Positions 49,006 to 62,433 of a DNA stretch of 64,000 bases are shown here, in pieces (positions within the stretch are counted from its first letter, which is position 1; the number at the start of each line of letters is the position of its first letter). A program made the position numbers and the translations under genes. The notes under the pieces are model-generated. The model worked only from the letters and a program-made list of their open reading frames with translations, did not search any database and was not told the origin of the DNA. Origin of the DNA: Octopus sinensis (Eukaryota); NCBI RefSeq assembly GCF_006345805.1, contig NW_021832229.1, positions 124,001 through 188,000 of the forward strand. Direction: 5' to 3'.

Positions 49006-49395
49006 TTGTTGATGTGTATGTAGTTTCAAAATGTTTTTTTTTCAACTATGAGATGAATTGTTGATTTTTTGATTTTATCTTACTATAATCAGCAACAAAC
49101 ACATTCCGTCAATATTAATTCTTTATTAGACAAAAAAAATATCATTATCAAAACATGAAGATAAAACAAAACAAATGTGCTTTGTTTTCTTCCAGGCACC
49201 AATGTATTGTAGCAATAGTCTTTCATCGACCGACCTTTTCTCTGAAAAAATCAGTGAATCATTCGATCTCCATACACAAATTATTTTCCTCCTGGAACTT
49301 ATAAAAAAGATACACACATTAGGCGCACCTTTCTCTAAGAGGCACACTAAATTTCCCAGGTAAAAAAATAGCGGCTTATACACCGGAAAATACGG
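49006..49395. mobile_element. Right end of the same Tc2/pogo-type transposon
   Basis: TTATACACCGGAAAATACGG-TA is inverted to the left terminus (19/20); 49006-49054 repeats 42314-42363. Confidence 0.75.
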
Positions 49396-51527
49396 TATTT
49401 CTTTTTTGTCATATTCATATCGACTTTCACTCCATAAACGTTACACAAACACTTGACTGCGCATGCCTGAATGTCTACATTAAAGTATTTTCTAAGCTAA
49501 ATTCTCTGCCTGATCTATAGGCTCATTAGGCCCCAAGTATATCTCTGTATCGAACGTATTTCAACACACAAGGAATCAACACACCCAACTGAACAGGATA
49601 CCAGTCTGTCGCAATGTTAACCCCTGGTTAATGCTGGTACTTTTCAGATGAGTGCACTGGAAGTGTCTTTCTCGTGGACATAACTTACCGAAACAATAAA
49701 TGCATACGCCTATATGTGTGTGTGTGTGCGCTTATGTACATATCCGTGTGTACGTGTGTGTATTTTTGTATGCATGTACACACACACATTTTCTTTTATT
49801 CTTTCGCTTATTTAAAGGTGAATTTAAAAGTCGTTATGCCAATCACATAATCCCCTTCCGATATAGGACAAAAGTAAAGCTACGAAACTGGCTAAGTTTA
49901 GAAGAAAACGAAACACCACATGTGACTGGATGGGAAGTAATCCATAACTTATGTTAATGGATCAAAAAATATAAGCATTGTTTAGCTGAAAGAGTGCATA
50001 TCCTGTTCAGATCTAAGATGCTTAATTCTCTATTGGACTCTAGGTCAGGAATTTTCAGTCGTTGTCAAGTATAAATATATTTTGAAGAACTGGAAAATTC
50101 CGTCTATTCTTGATTAAATTTTTTATATCATTTTAGCCTTATAATTCAAGGTCTAACGAGGAGAACTCTAAAATGCTGTTTTTACTTTTTCCTTTTCCAA
50201 TTTACGTCTTTGTGTTTTCGCTTTCCGATTTCCGGAACACTGGGCATGCTATGGCAGACATGCACTGGGGCTGCGGCATCTCCAAACATTCTGCCTAAAC
50301 GGTGAACAGATGTGGTCATCGTTTGTCAAACAGGCTTTTCCACGGCTCATCTCCTTGAGTAAGCTACAGTCCTGGGTCAAGGATCAGTGGAAAGTCCACT
50401 CTTGAGTTCTATGGAGGGTTAGTGTAGGGAAAGCGCGGTGAAGCACTTGGAGAGACGCTAGGCGTTGACAAAATTGAACTAACCAGTCTGTTGAGGAGGA
50501 CTTTCAAGACGGGGACGATGGATAACTCCTAGAAGTCCCTTGCTTTGCAGTGCTATCGGGGGACACTGCCGGTTCGAGATAAACTCTACAAGCACGGAAG
50601 TGCTGTCTGACCGACCTACCCGACATGTGCGCAGAGCGATGAAAGCGTTCTGCACGCACTCGTCCAGTGTCCTTGCTTTACTAACATGTGGAGTTACGTT
50701 GAACAGCTGTTATCACGTGTAGGGTGGTTCTATCTATCGGCCGAGTCCGTAGTGAAGATCGATCAGCCGCTTTCCATCAGTCCGGAAGGTCAGGCAATTT
50801 GCTTCTGTCAAATAGCAGTAGCGAAAGAGGCTGTATTGTGGACCAGGTTAAAAGGACTAAAGGTAGAGACTTTTCTCTACGGCCAATCACTCGTCAGCTT
50901 TTTCAAATTTTCTTTGGAAAGGAAGATGAGGGTGCAGAGTGAAGTGCTGCCTCCCAGTACATTTGCCAAAAGGTGGATGAATAGCGAAAATGGTACGCGT
51001 GAGTTGACCTACTCTAATAACGCGCCTGTGGTCTAGTGAATTTGAGAGGGAGGAGAGTGCTCTTCCCAGATGCCCTCGAAGCGTCGAGTGGTTCAGGATT
51101 GGGGTGGGGGTACCTGAGCCAACTCCAGGGGAATACGTGCACCTATTACGAACTTTCATTGTTATATTCTTTTGTTGGATATCTTTGTTATTCTTTTAAC
51201 TGTGTACTCGTTGTGTCTGTGTTAAATCCCCACTGTCCATGTCTACTGTATCCTGTTTCTTTACTACCCACAAGGGGCTAAACACAGAGAGGACAAACAA
51301 GGACAGACAAACGGATTAAGTCAATTATATCGACCACAGTGCGTAACTGGTCCTTCTTTAATCGACCCCAAAAGGATGAAAGACAAAGTCGACCTCGGGG
51401 GAATTTGAACTCAGAACGTAACGGCAGAAGAAATACCGCTAAGCATTTCGCCCGACGTACTGAAGATTCTACAAGCTCTCACCGACTTGTCTACAGTATC
51501 TTCCCCTATATGCCGGCCCTATTGGCA

Positions 51528-51581
<54 letters not shown>

Positions 51582-51613
51582 TATTATTATTATTATTATC
51601 ATTATTATTATTA

Positions 51614-54600
51614 CTCTTTTTTCCTTCTTTCAAATTTGCTTCCATTTCTTGCCGAGTGTCTTCCCGACTCCTAGGGCAAAGAAACTCATAGTATACATTG
51701 GTAGGCCATTAAACCAAACTCAATAGTTCGTTCATTTTTTTTTTTTAAGTTAAATTAAAATACATGAGCAGCAACAGTTCTCACATCGACAATGCTCTTC
51801 TCAATACGTATGATGTACCAGTTAAGACAATCTTTTGCACTTCTTGCAGGGATGGTAAACCAGGGATCATTCTCATATAATTTTCGGTTCCCTTCTTGAT
51901 CATTCCTAGTGCTCCTACGATCACTGGTATTGTAACCGCCTTGAGATGCCACATTTTCTCAATTTCAATGAGTAGGTATTTATATTTTCTGAGCTTGTCA
52001 AACTCTTTCGCCGAGATATTATGATCACAGGGGATGCTCATGTCGATCAATAAGCAAACTTTATTGTTTTGGTCTTTCACAACAATATCTGGTTTATTGG
52101 CATTGATGGTTCGGTCTGTATGTACTGGAAAGTCACACAGAATGGTTACATTTTCTCCTTCAGTTACAGCCTCAGGGTGGTGATTATACCACTTGTCGGC
52201 AGTTTTGATATTGTAATGCCGACTTATTAGCCAGTGGAGATATTGGCCAACTCTGTCATGTCTTAATTTATACTCCACTGGTGCTAAGACTTTACATCCA
52301 GAGATTAGGTGGTCCACTGTTTCAATCATGTCGTTGCAGAATCGGCATTTTTGGTCTGCTCCATTTTTCATCACATTGGCCTGGTAGTTCCGGGTTAATA
52401 GGCTTTGATCTTGAGCAGCCAGGATGAAACCTTCGCTCTCTGCTTTTAGCCCTGAGCTCCGTAGCCACTGATGGGTTTGCTTCTGGTCAACATCAGCTTG
52501 TTTGCTGCGGGTCACATATTTGCCGTGCAGAGGTTTCTCCTCCCACCTATCAGCCAATTGCTCGTGCGCTTTTTTCATTGCCAGCATTTTCAGCTTCTTT
52601 GCAACAATAGTTGCCGTACTTCCCTCGGGTTGTTCAGTTTGGGTATCCTGCACGAGATCAATAGCAAATTTTTTGCTTTCCTTTATGATAGAATGAAGCT
52701 TCTTTTGTCTCTCGTGATTTTCCACGAGCTTTAGCATCCAGTCATTTGATATTTCGAGATATTTGGCCAGTCCAATTTTGGTTGTTTTGTAAGCTAGTTC
52801 AAATTGGATCAGGCCTCGACCTCCTTGGGCTCTGGGAAGGTAAAGGCGATCTACGTCTGCCTTTGGGTGGTGCATCCTATTACAACTCAGCAGCTTGCGT
52901 ATTTTTCTATCTATACTTTTTACTTCACTCATATTCCAGTTCAACACATTGTAGCTATAAGTAACAACTGGAACTGCTAAGGAATTTATAGCTAACACCT
53001 TGTTACGTGCATTTAGTTCAGATTTCAGGACTGCACGAACTCTCCTATAACATTCCTTCCTGATTTTCTCTTTCATGCTTGCATGCTGAATACCAGAGCC
53101 TTCATTTATCCCTAAATATTTGTATGTTTGTTCTTGCTCAGGCTCTCTTATGACTGTGTCAACATCTAACACGACTGAATTTGTGGTCTTCACTTTCCCT
53201 TTCTGGAAAGTGGCCTTGGCACACTTCTCAAGTCCAAACTCCATCCCGATGTCATCGCTGAATGCTTTCACGGTGCGCAATAGGCCTTCAAGTTCATTAT
53301 TGTCTTTACCATAAAGTTTTAAGTCATCCATATAAAATAGATGGCTTATTTTTTTATTGGCAATTTTATACCCATACCCTGTTCTGTTTAATTCACTTGT
53401 AAGGGGTATTAGGGCTATGCAGAATATTAAAGGTGAAAGTGAGTCACCTTGAAAAATTCCACAGTTGATGTTTATATTTTCTGAGGCAAGTACTCCATTG
53501 GAGTGGTATAATTGGAGATTCGTATTCCACAACGACATATTGTGCTTCAGGAAGTTTGAAATCACAGGGGAATTTTTTGAAGATGTCCAGCGATCTCAAG
53601 ATCCATGGATGCGAAGGCCTTTTTGTAGTCAATCCATGCGGTGCTGAGATTTCTGCGCTTGTTGTGACAGTTCTCAAGGATCATACGATTGATTAGCAGT
53701 TGATCTTTGCATCCGTAAGAGCCTCGGTGGCACCCTTTTTGTTCAATGGGGAAAATATCGTTCTTCTCCATGAATGCATATGTTTTCTCCGCCAGGATAG
53801 ATGTTAGGATTTTATACGTGGTGGATAGACAGGTTATAGGCCGATAGTTTTTTGGAAGGTTGGTTTCGTTATTCTTTGGGAGTAGGTAAGTAATGTCACT
53901 TGCTAACCATTCAGGTGTTTTCTTTGGGTCTCTCATAATTCCATTGAGCAGCTGAACTAGCTTACCGTGTGCGCATGGGAGCGATGCGAGCCAGAAATTC
54001 GGCACCCTATCTTTACCGGAGGATTTTCAATTATGGGCCTTCGTGAGTGCCTTTCTTAGGTCTGCTATTGTGATGTCTTCCCATGCTTGTTGTAAATTTT
54101 GGTAGGATCCTTCAGTTTGTATAATCCAGTCTGCATTTATGTTGTACGTCTTCTTGTCACTCCAAATCCTTTTCCAAAAGTTTTGAACTTCTTCCATGGT
54201 TACTTTAACGGTTACTTTCTCCTTCCCTATTTCTCTGTAGAATTTTTTGGCATTGGATGTGAACAGCTTATTTTGCTTGTAAAACTTGTTTCTCTTCTCA
54301 AATCTTCGTATTCTTTGGGCTTTTGCTTGGACTTTTTGTTTCAGCGTTTCTTTTATTGATATCAGTTCTTCTCTTGGTGAGGATCCAAATTTTCTCTTCA
54401 TCTTTCTTCTTGTTCTGGATCTTACATCATTTCCACATATTAGTTCATTTAATATTGATATTTCCCCTCTCATAAATTCAATCTCTTTTTCAATTTTACT
54501 TCTCCAGGTTTGATTTCTTCCCAGGTTTGGTTTTCTTTGTTTTTTCGGGGGCATACAGCTGGTTTCAATTGCCCTAGCAGAAGCGTAAATAATTTCACTT

Positions 54601-55560
54601 AACTCAGTAAAATCAGGTTTTAATTCTCGTATTATTTCATTTGTTACATAGTTGCCAATTTGGATTTGTTTTTTATTTTGGTTTGTATTTGAGAGTTTGT
54701 GAAGTGGTTCTCTATCATTCATACTTGTATGTCTTACAACTTCAAGCGTATTCAGGATTTTCTGCCTCATTTCTGCCATAGACTCTCTGTGTTCTTCAGC
54801 AAATGCGAGATCTTCAGTTACTGTTGTTTTTTCGTTTTCCTGGCTATCTTTAACAGGTACAATAGAATTTCTTGTATCTTCAGGCCTTTGCGTACTTTGG
54901 TCAGATGGCAGTCCTTCAATTAAGCCTCGTGGCGGGCTATACTGTTCATCTGATTCTTCATTTCCTTTGCGTCTTATATTTATGTCATTTTCCGTTGCGT
55001 GCTTGATCGCGCTTATTTCACTGTCCGTGAGTCTGTTATTTCTAAGGATATCCCTCCTCACATTTGCTAATTTGTTCTCGTCCAAATAGGGCCTACTGTC
55101 TTGATTCCGTGTTCTCCATATACTGTAAGAGTTTGCGGTGTGTCTCTCATGAGATGGCCTACCTAATGCATAGTAATAAGCGTATATTACTTCTTTATAC
55201 TCTTCTCGGGTCCATTTGTTCCGCTTACATTTTTCTTTCTGTGGTGGTTGTGGTGGTGAACTTGGAGGGCTCGAGTTGGGGGATTTCCCGTTCAAGTGAC
55301 CATCCATGTCCGTATTCGGAGAAGAGTTTGTGCCAGTTGATGACTTTTCGATCCCAGGCTGGCTCTTCCCTGGGGGACACGCTTCCAGATTAACCATAGG
55401 ACAAGCGATTTGGTATACTGATTTAGTTTTCCTTTTATTTTCCAAAAACATTTTGGTGCTACGATAATGTTATCATTTTTTAGCTTTGATTGGCTCGTGG
55501 GGAGACGGCCATCATTGCCGTTACAATTATAATCGTAACATTATAGCAGCCGTAGTCGGC
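51614..55560 (-). mobile_element. Full-length Dong/R4-clade non-LTR retrotransposon A in (TAA)n
   Basis: Single ORF with N-terminal KWTREEY..YAYY..NKLANVRR domain, RT (NYRPITCL, AWIDYKKAF, GIFQGDSLSP, YMDDLK), CCHC (CRFC...H...C) and RLE (NKPDIVV...ID...K..KY); both ends abut TAA repeats. Confidence 0.92.
51781..55451 (-). pseudogene. RT-RLE polyprotein of Dong/R4 element A, frameshifted as assembled
   Basis: ORFs 54027-55451, 53562-54005 and 51781-53565. Confidence 0.9.
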
Positions 55561-56559
55561 TTATTATTGTTATTATCATCACCATTATTATCACTATCAT
55601 CATTATCACCACCATTACCATCATCATTATCATCATCACCATCACCATCATCATCATCAATGATATTGTTTTATGTGTAGTCACAGCAGTACCTTATTAT
55701 TGTTATTTTTTATCATCATCACCATCACAGTAGTGTCTGTCTGTCTTGGTGGTTGGCTGGCTGACTGTCTTCAATGCCAGAGTTCTTGCCTGTCAAATAA
55801 TACTTTCATATTTGGTTAACAATAGAGCTGAGGTGAGGTTTTGTGTTGGTTGAACTCTTTGAGTGTGTGTGTGTGTGTGTAGATAGATAGATAGATTATC
55901 AGCACTATTACTATCATTATTATCATCATCACCATCATCACCATCACCATCAGTGATATTTTTTTTTATTTATTTATTTTTTTTTAGGTGGGGTCCTATC
56001 GGTCAAAAAAAGTTCAGATGTTTACTACTATTAGGCTTAAGAAAAATTAAGGAAGGGCTGTTCTGTATTGTTTGTGAATAGAGAGGTTGTGTTCGACCAG
56101 AGAGAATCTTAGCATCATCATTTTTTTTTTCCATGTGCGTTTGTGTTATTGCAATAAAAAGTGTTTGTATATTTCGTGTAAGGTAATATTGTGGAGGTTG
56201 AAGTTGACTTTTCTAGAGATGTTTGTATGTCCAGTTAGAAGAACAGGTGTGTTTTTACAATAAAAAGTATATGTTTACATTTATATTTGAATATTCAGGG
56301 AGGAAGCACAGAAAAGTCAGATTTTAATAGAAAGTTTTAGGGTTTTGTAAGTCCACAAAAAGAAAAGCGTGATGTTTTTAGAGAGAAGAAAAAAAAGGAT
56401 GTTTACAGAGGCAATTGTGGGTATCAAAGTTTTTAAAGCTGGTCGAATGTATGATTGAAAACTGTAGATATGTAACTTTGTAAATTTTCTTAACTTATTT
56501 TGAAGGGCTGTTCTGTATTATTTGTGAATAGAGAAGCTGTGTTCGACCAGAGAGAATCT

Positions 56560-56573
56560 TATTATTATTATTA

Positions 56574-56648
<75 letters not shown>
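56560..56648. repeat. (TAT)n microsatellite at the 3' end of element B
   Basis: Directly visible. Confidence 0.95.
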
Positions 56649-56651
<3 letters not shown>

Positions 56652-59600
56652 TAGTTTTTTTATTTATAGCGTGCTTTCACTTCACTACCGAGCGCAGCTC
56701 TGTGTGCCTTGGGTATGTGCTGTGATTTGTTGTGATGCTCTGATGGTTATTGTTTGGAAAGTGTTCTGCGTAGGATGTGTGCAGTGCCTAGTAGTGCAAT
56801 TTTCTGTATGTTATATGTGTTTGTAAGCCCTGGTGTTTTTGTTATGTATTTGTCTGAATATTTTTTTATCATGCCTAATGCACCTACTATGATAGGAATT
56901 GTTTCTGTTTTCAGGTTCCACATTCTAGTTACCTCTATTTCCAGGTCTTTGTATTTGAGAGTTTCTCCATTTCTTTTAGAGACACGTTGTCATCTGCCGG
57001 TATTGATACATCAATTAGAAAGCATTTTTTTTCCTTCATGATCTCTGACAACTATATCTGGTCTGTTGGCCTTAATTTCTCTATCTGTGTGTATCGGCAT
57101 ATCCCAGAGTATGGTTGCTTTCTCGTTTTCTGTGACCTTTTCTGGTGTGTGCCTATACCAACTTTTTTTCTGTTGTTATTCCATAATGTTGGCATAGCTT
57201 CCAATGTATGTAGGTTCCAACTCTGTCATGTCTGTGAATATATTCCTTCTTAGCCAGGACTGGGCAGCTAGAGATAATATGATTTATTGTTTCTTGTCCA
57301 TCTCCACATATTCTGCAGTTACTTGTAATATTTCTTTTCATTACATGTTTTTGGTAATTTCTGGTGGGGAGGCTTTGGTCTTGTGCTGCAATTAAAAATC
57401 CCTCTGTTTCTGCTTTGAGCCCTGAGCTTCTCAACCATTGCTGGGATTTTTCTTTGTCTATTTCTTTTGCGTTTAGTTTAGTGCAGTATTTACCATGAAG
57501 GGGCTTTTCTTGCCATCGTTTTATCATGGCTCATTGCTGTTCTATTTTTAGTTTGGATTTCATTTGTTTTGTAGCTTTTGTTGTTTCTTCATCATCTTCT
57601 TCTTTCTGTTTATTAGGTGGTATGATTTCTTGTTTGTATTTGTCAGCTTCATTAAATACTGAGAACAGTTTTTTGTTTTGCTCGTGTTTTGCTGCTATCT
57701 GGATCAGTTTTCCTTCCTTCTGAAGTAGGTATTTTTGCAGTCCTATGGTGGTTATTTTATAGTAGTTTTCCAGTGTATGAGGCCTCTACCACCTTCTATA
57801 CGTTGTATATATAGTCTTTCTATGTCAGATTTTGGGTGATGCATCCTAGATCCTGTCAGTATTTTTCTTGTTTTCCTATCTATTTTGGACAGTTCATTTC
57901 GTGTCCAGTTAAGGATATTGTAGCTGTAACTTATAACTGGGACAGCTAAAGTGTTGATACCTATTATCTTGTTTTTAGCATTGAGCTCTGTACTTAGTAT
58001 TGATTTAACTCGTCTATAATATTCTTTTTTTTATTTTCTCTTTTATTTGTGTGTGTTGTGTCTTATCTAGTTCATGGATTCCTAAGTATTTGTAAGTTTG
58101 GCTTTGGTCTAATTCTTTTATTTCATTGGTTTTATCTAGTGTGATGTTGTTACTCTAACTAGTTTTCCTCTTTTCATGGTTACTTTGGCGCATTTTTCTA
58201 ATCCAAATTTCATATCTATTTCTTTGGTAAATCCATGAACTGTCTTTAATAGTGTTTCCAGCTGTTTGTCATTTGCAGCGTATAGTTTTAGGTCATCCAT
58301 ATATAAAAGGTGGCTGATCGTTTTGCCGTAACATTTATATCCGCATCCAGTTCTATTTAGCATATCAGATAGAGGTGACAGTGCCAAGCAGAAAAGGAGT
58401 GGAGAGAGCGTGTCTCCCTGGAATATTCCTCTTCTAATGGGGATGTCTTTGGTTTTCATGAGTCCCTCTTTTGTTTGGAGGTGTAGGACTGTTTGCCATT
58501 TATTCATAGAGTGCTCTATGAATTTTATGATTGTTGGTGCTACTTTGTTAATGGCTAGTGTTTCGAGGATCCATGTGTGGGGGATGCTATCAAACGCCTT
58601 TTTGTAGTCAATCCAGGCCATACTGAGGCCTTTCTTCTTTCTGTGGCTGTCTTCAGTTACGGCTTTATTAATCATTAGTTGATCTTTACAGCCATATGAG
58701 CCCTTGCGGCATCCTTTCTGCTCTTCTGGGAACAGTTTGTTTTCGTCCAGGTGCTTGTTCAGCCTTTGCGATATCACTGCAGTAAATGCCTTGAACATAG
58801 TAGGGAGGCAGGTTATTGGTCTGTAGTTTTCTGGTTTTGTTGTTTCATTTGATTTGGGAATTAAGATGGTTTTCCCCTTCGTGAGCCATTCAGGCATTGT
58901 CTCTGGCTCTGCTAGTATGCTGTTAAAGTTTTCAGCCAGCTTTTTGTGCATTCCTGTTAGATATTTCAACCAGAAGTTGGGGATCTTGTCATGCCCAGGT
59001 GCCTTCCAGTTGCTTAGTTTTTGCAGTGCCTGGGTGACCTCTTCAGTTGTTATGGGGGTCCAAAGTTGTTCAGATGCCGAGTTTGTTATTTTCATACTCC
59101 TTTTTTTTGGCTGTTCGTTCGCCGACCATATTTCTCTCCAGAATTCTTCTAATTCTTCTGCCGTTGGTGCTGCAGTGATTTCTATTTTATTTTTGCCCAG
59201 TTCTTGGTAGAACTTTTTGTTCTGTTCAAAGAAGCGTTGGCGTTTCTCGTACCGGCGGATCCTTTGAGCTTTGGCAAGGATATCTTGCTTCAGCTTTTCT
59301 TTTATCTCCGGCAAATCTTTTTCTGTGATGTTATATTTGCGGAGCATTTTTGTTCTCTTTTTGTTGCTCAGTAGCGTTGCTTGTTTGCTGATTTCATTAA
59401 GAATCGACAGGTCTTTTCTAATTTTTTATTTTGTTTTGGATGTTATTTATCCACAGGGTTTGTTTGGGTGGTGGTACTTCTGTTTGGGCGGGTTTGGGTG
59501 AGTATCCAGCTTCTTTTGTGGCTACAGTGGCTGCTGCGTATATCAAGTCATTTAGTTCAGTGATATCACTTTTTTTTTGTTTCAGTGGCTAGTTCAGTGA

Positions 59601-60584
59601 CGGCTAGGTTTATGTTGTTTATAATTGGTGTTGTTATTGCGTTTATTTTTATTCTTGGGAGGTATGGTCGGTGGTCCATTTTGAGCTCTGTGGTTTTCAG
59701 TTCTTTGATTATTTTATTTTTTATATTATCATAATCATTAGGCTCCTCTTCGTTGTTTACATCGTGTTTGTTGGGAATGTTGCGTTTGTCTTCGTATTTT
59801 ACAGTTTCAGTGTTTATATTATTGGGCATTGTTGTGTGGCTTCTATCTACATTTTCCTGGTGTATTTTTCCTTTTAAATGTTCTATTTCTATTTCTGATA
59901 TTTTTTTGGCTTTGAGAATGTATCTTCGTACGTTAGCTAATTTATTAGGGTTCATTGCTGTATCCAAGTCTATATCTCTATTATTTTCCTTCCATATTTT
60001 ATATGTATGTGTTGTTGTATTTTCATTTTGTGAGTAGAACATTGCTGTGAAGTATGCGTGTAAGATAGAAATGTATTCCTCACGCGTCCATTTACGTCTT
60101 TTGGGTTTTAATTGCGGGACATGAGGTACAACGTCCGGCCCATTATTTTGACGGTCGTCACTTTCGTAGGGTACCGGTCCGTTTATTTCTGTTGTCACAT
60201 TATTTCGCACGTGTAGTTTTTCGTACATTTTTTGTTGTAGGTTTAATGTACGTACCGCTCGATTGTTATTCTTGGGTTGAATAGTATCGGTGGCATTTAA
60301 TTTCTTCGTAGTTCCTTTGTACATGGTGTTTGAGGTCGGGGATGATCGTGTTGTTCCACGCATGTTTACATGTGTTGTGTTAGAGGTGGAGATAATATCG
60401 AGTCAAAATACATCATTTCGTTTCGAAAATAGTAATAAATTTCAATTAGTATTACTTACTCGGATATAGTCCAATTCTTTGTTAGTAAATCTTTGGCTCC
60501 ATAGGGTGTCCTTGTTTTCGATGTTTGTGGATAGATTTCGGAGCTCTGTATTTTCCTTCTTACATCTTAAACGTTCCCGGTGTC
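56649..60584 (-). mobile_element. Full-length Dong/R4-clade non-LTR retrotransposon B (different family) in (TAA)n
   Basis: Same domain order (KWTREEY, NYRPITCL, WIDYKKAFDS, GIFQGDTLSP, YMDDLK, CRICG...H...C, R.D.V) but distinct DNA sequence and UTRs. Confidence 0.92.
56747..60363 (-). pseudogene. RT-RLE polyprotein of Dong/R4 element B, frameshifted as assembled
   Basis: ORFs 59566-60363, 58136-59347 and 57153-57527; stop at 56749-56747. Confidence 0.88.
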
Positions 60585-60609
60585 TTATTATTATTATTAT
60601 TTTTGTTTA

Positions 60610-60672
<63 letters not shown>

Positions 60673-61037
60673 CATTATTATTATTATTGTCATTATTATT
60701 ACTGTTATTGGAATTTTTCCGGTTAAACATTTCACTCACTTCTTCACAGTAAAATTATGTCATTTAATGCAATCGTTAATGTGATATTCCCTTCAGTTTC
60801 ATATTAAAGAAAACCTTAGGCAGGGTTATGTATCTAATTGCATCACACACACAGACACACACACACACACTCACAAACGTACACATGAACCCTCCTCCTC
60901 TTCTTTCCACCTCTCTCTCTCTCTTCTATCACTCCCCTCCTCTCTCATTTTAAAACTTCCACTTCCACCGCCAATCATCATAAACTGCTGACTGAAACTT
61001 TTCAAATCGAAATTATATAATTAGAAATACAGATGCC

Positions 61038-61070
<33 letters not shown>

Positions 61071-61356
61071 ATATATATATTAGCTTTATATTTTCAATTT
61101 ATTTTTATCTTTCACTTTTGGCAGAAGGCATCCAGAATACTGGAGACTATCTGCAATAGAAATACATTAAACAGGTTAGAGGCCCCTGCATGTCCTCCTC
61201 TCCCTCTTCCCCTCACTCCTATGAAAATAGGACATCAAAATATTGAAGTTTTGGGTACAGATGAGCTGTTGAAGTTTTGAATATAATTATGTGTCAATTA
61301 TTATAATCGTTATATCAAAGCAATACTTGGGCAGAATTATATATCCCAGTGCATAG

Positions 61357-61387
<31 letters not shown>

Positions 61388-62433
61388 ACCAGGACATATA
61401 CAGTTGAAGACCCTTCACAACACAAAACCCTCGCCTGTCATCCTTCATTCGTATAAAGTATTGCTACTTTGATAACGAAAATTCTTTTCCCACAACTTTA
61501 AAGCTGCTAAAACCTTTAATTCCTCTTCAGAATTGTTATAATTTCTCTATCATATACTTTACTTTACAAACGTACTTTTCTGAAACGAACTATTGTTAAA
61601 TGAATTTGTATCGTTTGCTTCCATGTCAATCATTATATATACCATGTAAATTAGTATCGTTATTGATAACGTGATTTTCTGAAGTGACACTATCGTTAAA
61701 TGAATCTATCGTCTGCTCACAGGAAATATTTGGCTGCTATTTCTAGCACATCCTGCTTAAGCTTCAGAGATTCTTCACGAAGAGAATGGTGGATGACAAT
61801 GTGAACACTGGAGGGTCTAACAAAGAATTTAGAAATGTACTTCATTTTAATGTTGACTTTAGACGTTGTATTTGGGAAGAGATCGATGATCAATAGTTAT
61901 CGCGCAAAAGTGAGGTGATTCTAAAACATGAAAAATCTGTCGTCTGATCGTATAACAATATTTTGATCATTTCCGGTTAATGTCGCTTTTAAACGATTTT
62001 ATGTTCCATAGCTACTAAATTTCTTTGACGTATGTATATATATATATATATATATATAATAGATCCCTCTCTATAACACGCACGATCAAACACACAGACA
62101 CAAATTTCACACCTTACTACTAAGTATATTTGACGTTTGTCTACCTCACACACACAATAACACGTACACACACAGACACAAATGCAGTTATATACACACT
62201 CATACACATACACAAACACTCGCAATCATTAACACAAGCACACACCCGCACATCATCATACATACAGCATACATATTGTCCCCTACCTATTTTTACTACT
62301 CCCTCCTTCTACCCATTTTTGAAGTCATTGCTTATAACGGATTATTTAAGAAAAACACTCATTGTCACTGTGGTCACCATGTAGGCAATCATCAAAAATT
62401 TTGTTCGTCTTGTGGCTGAAAGAGGCTCCTAAT

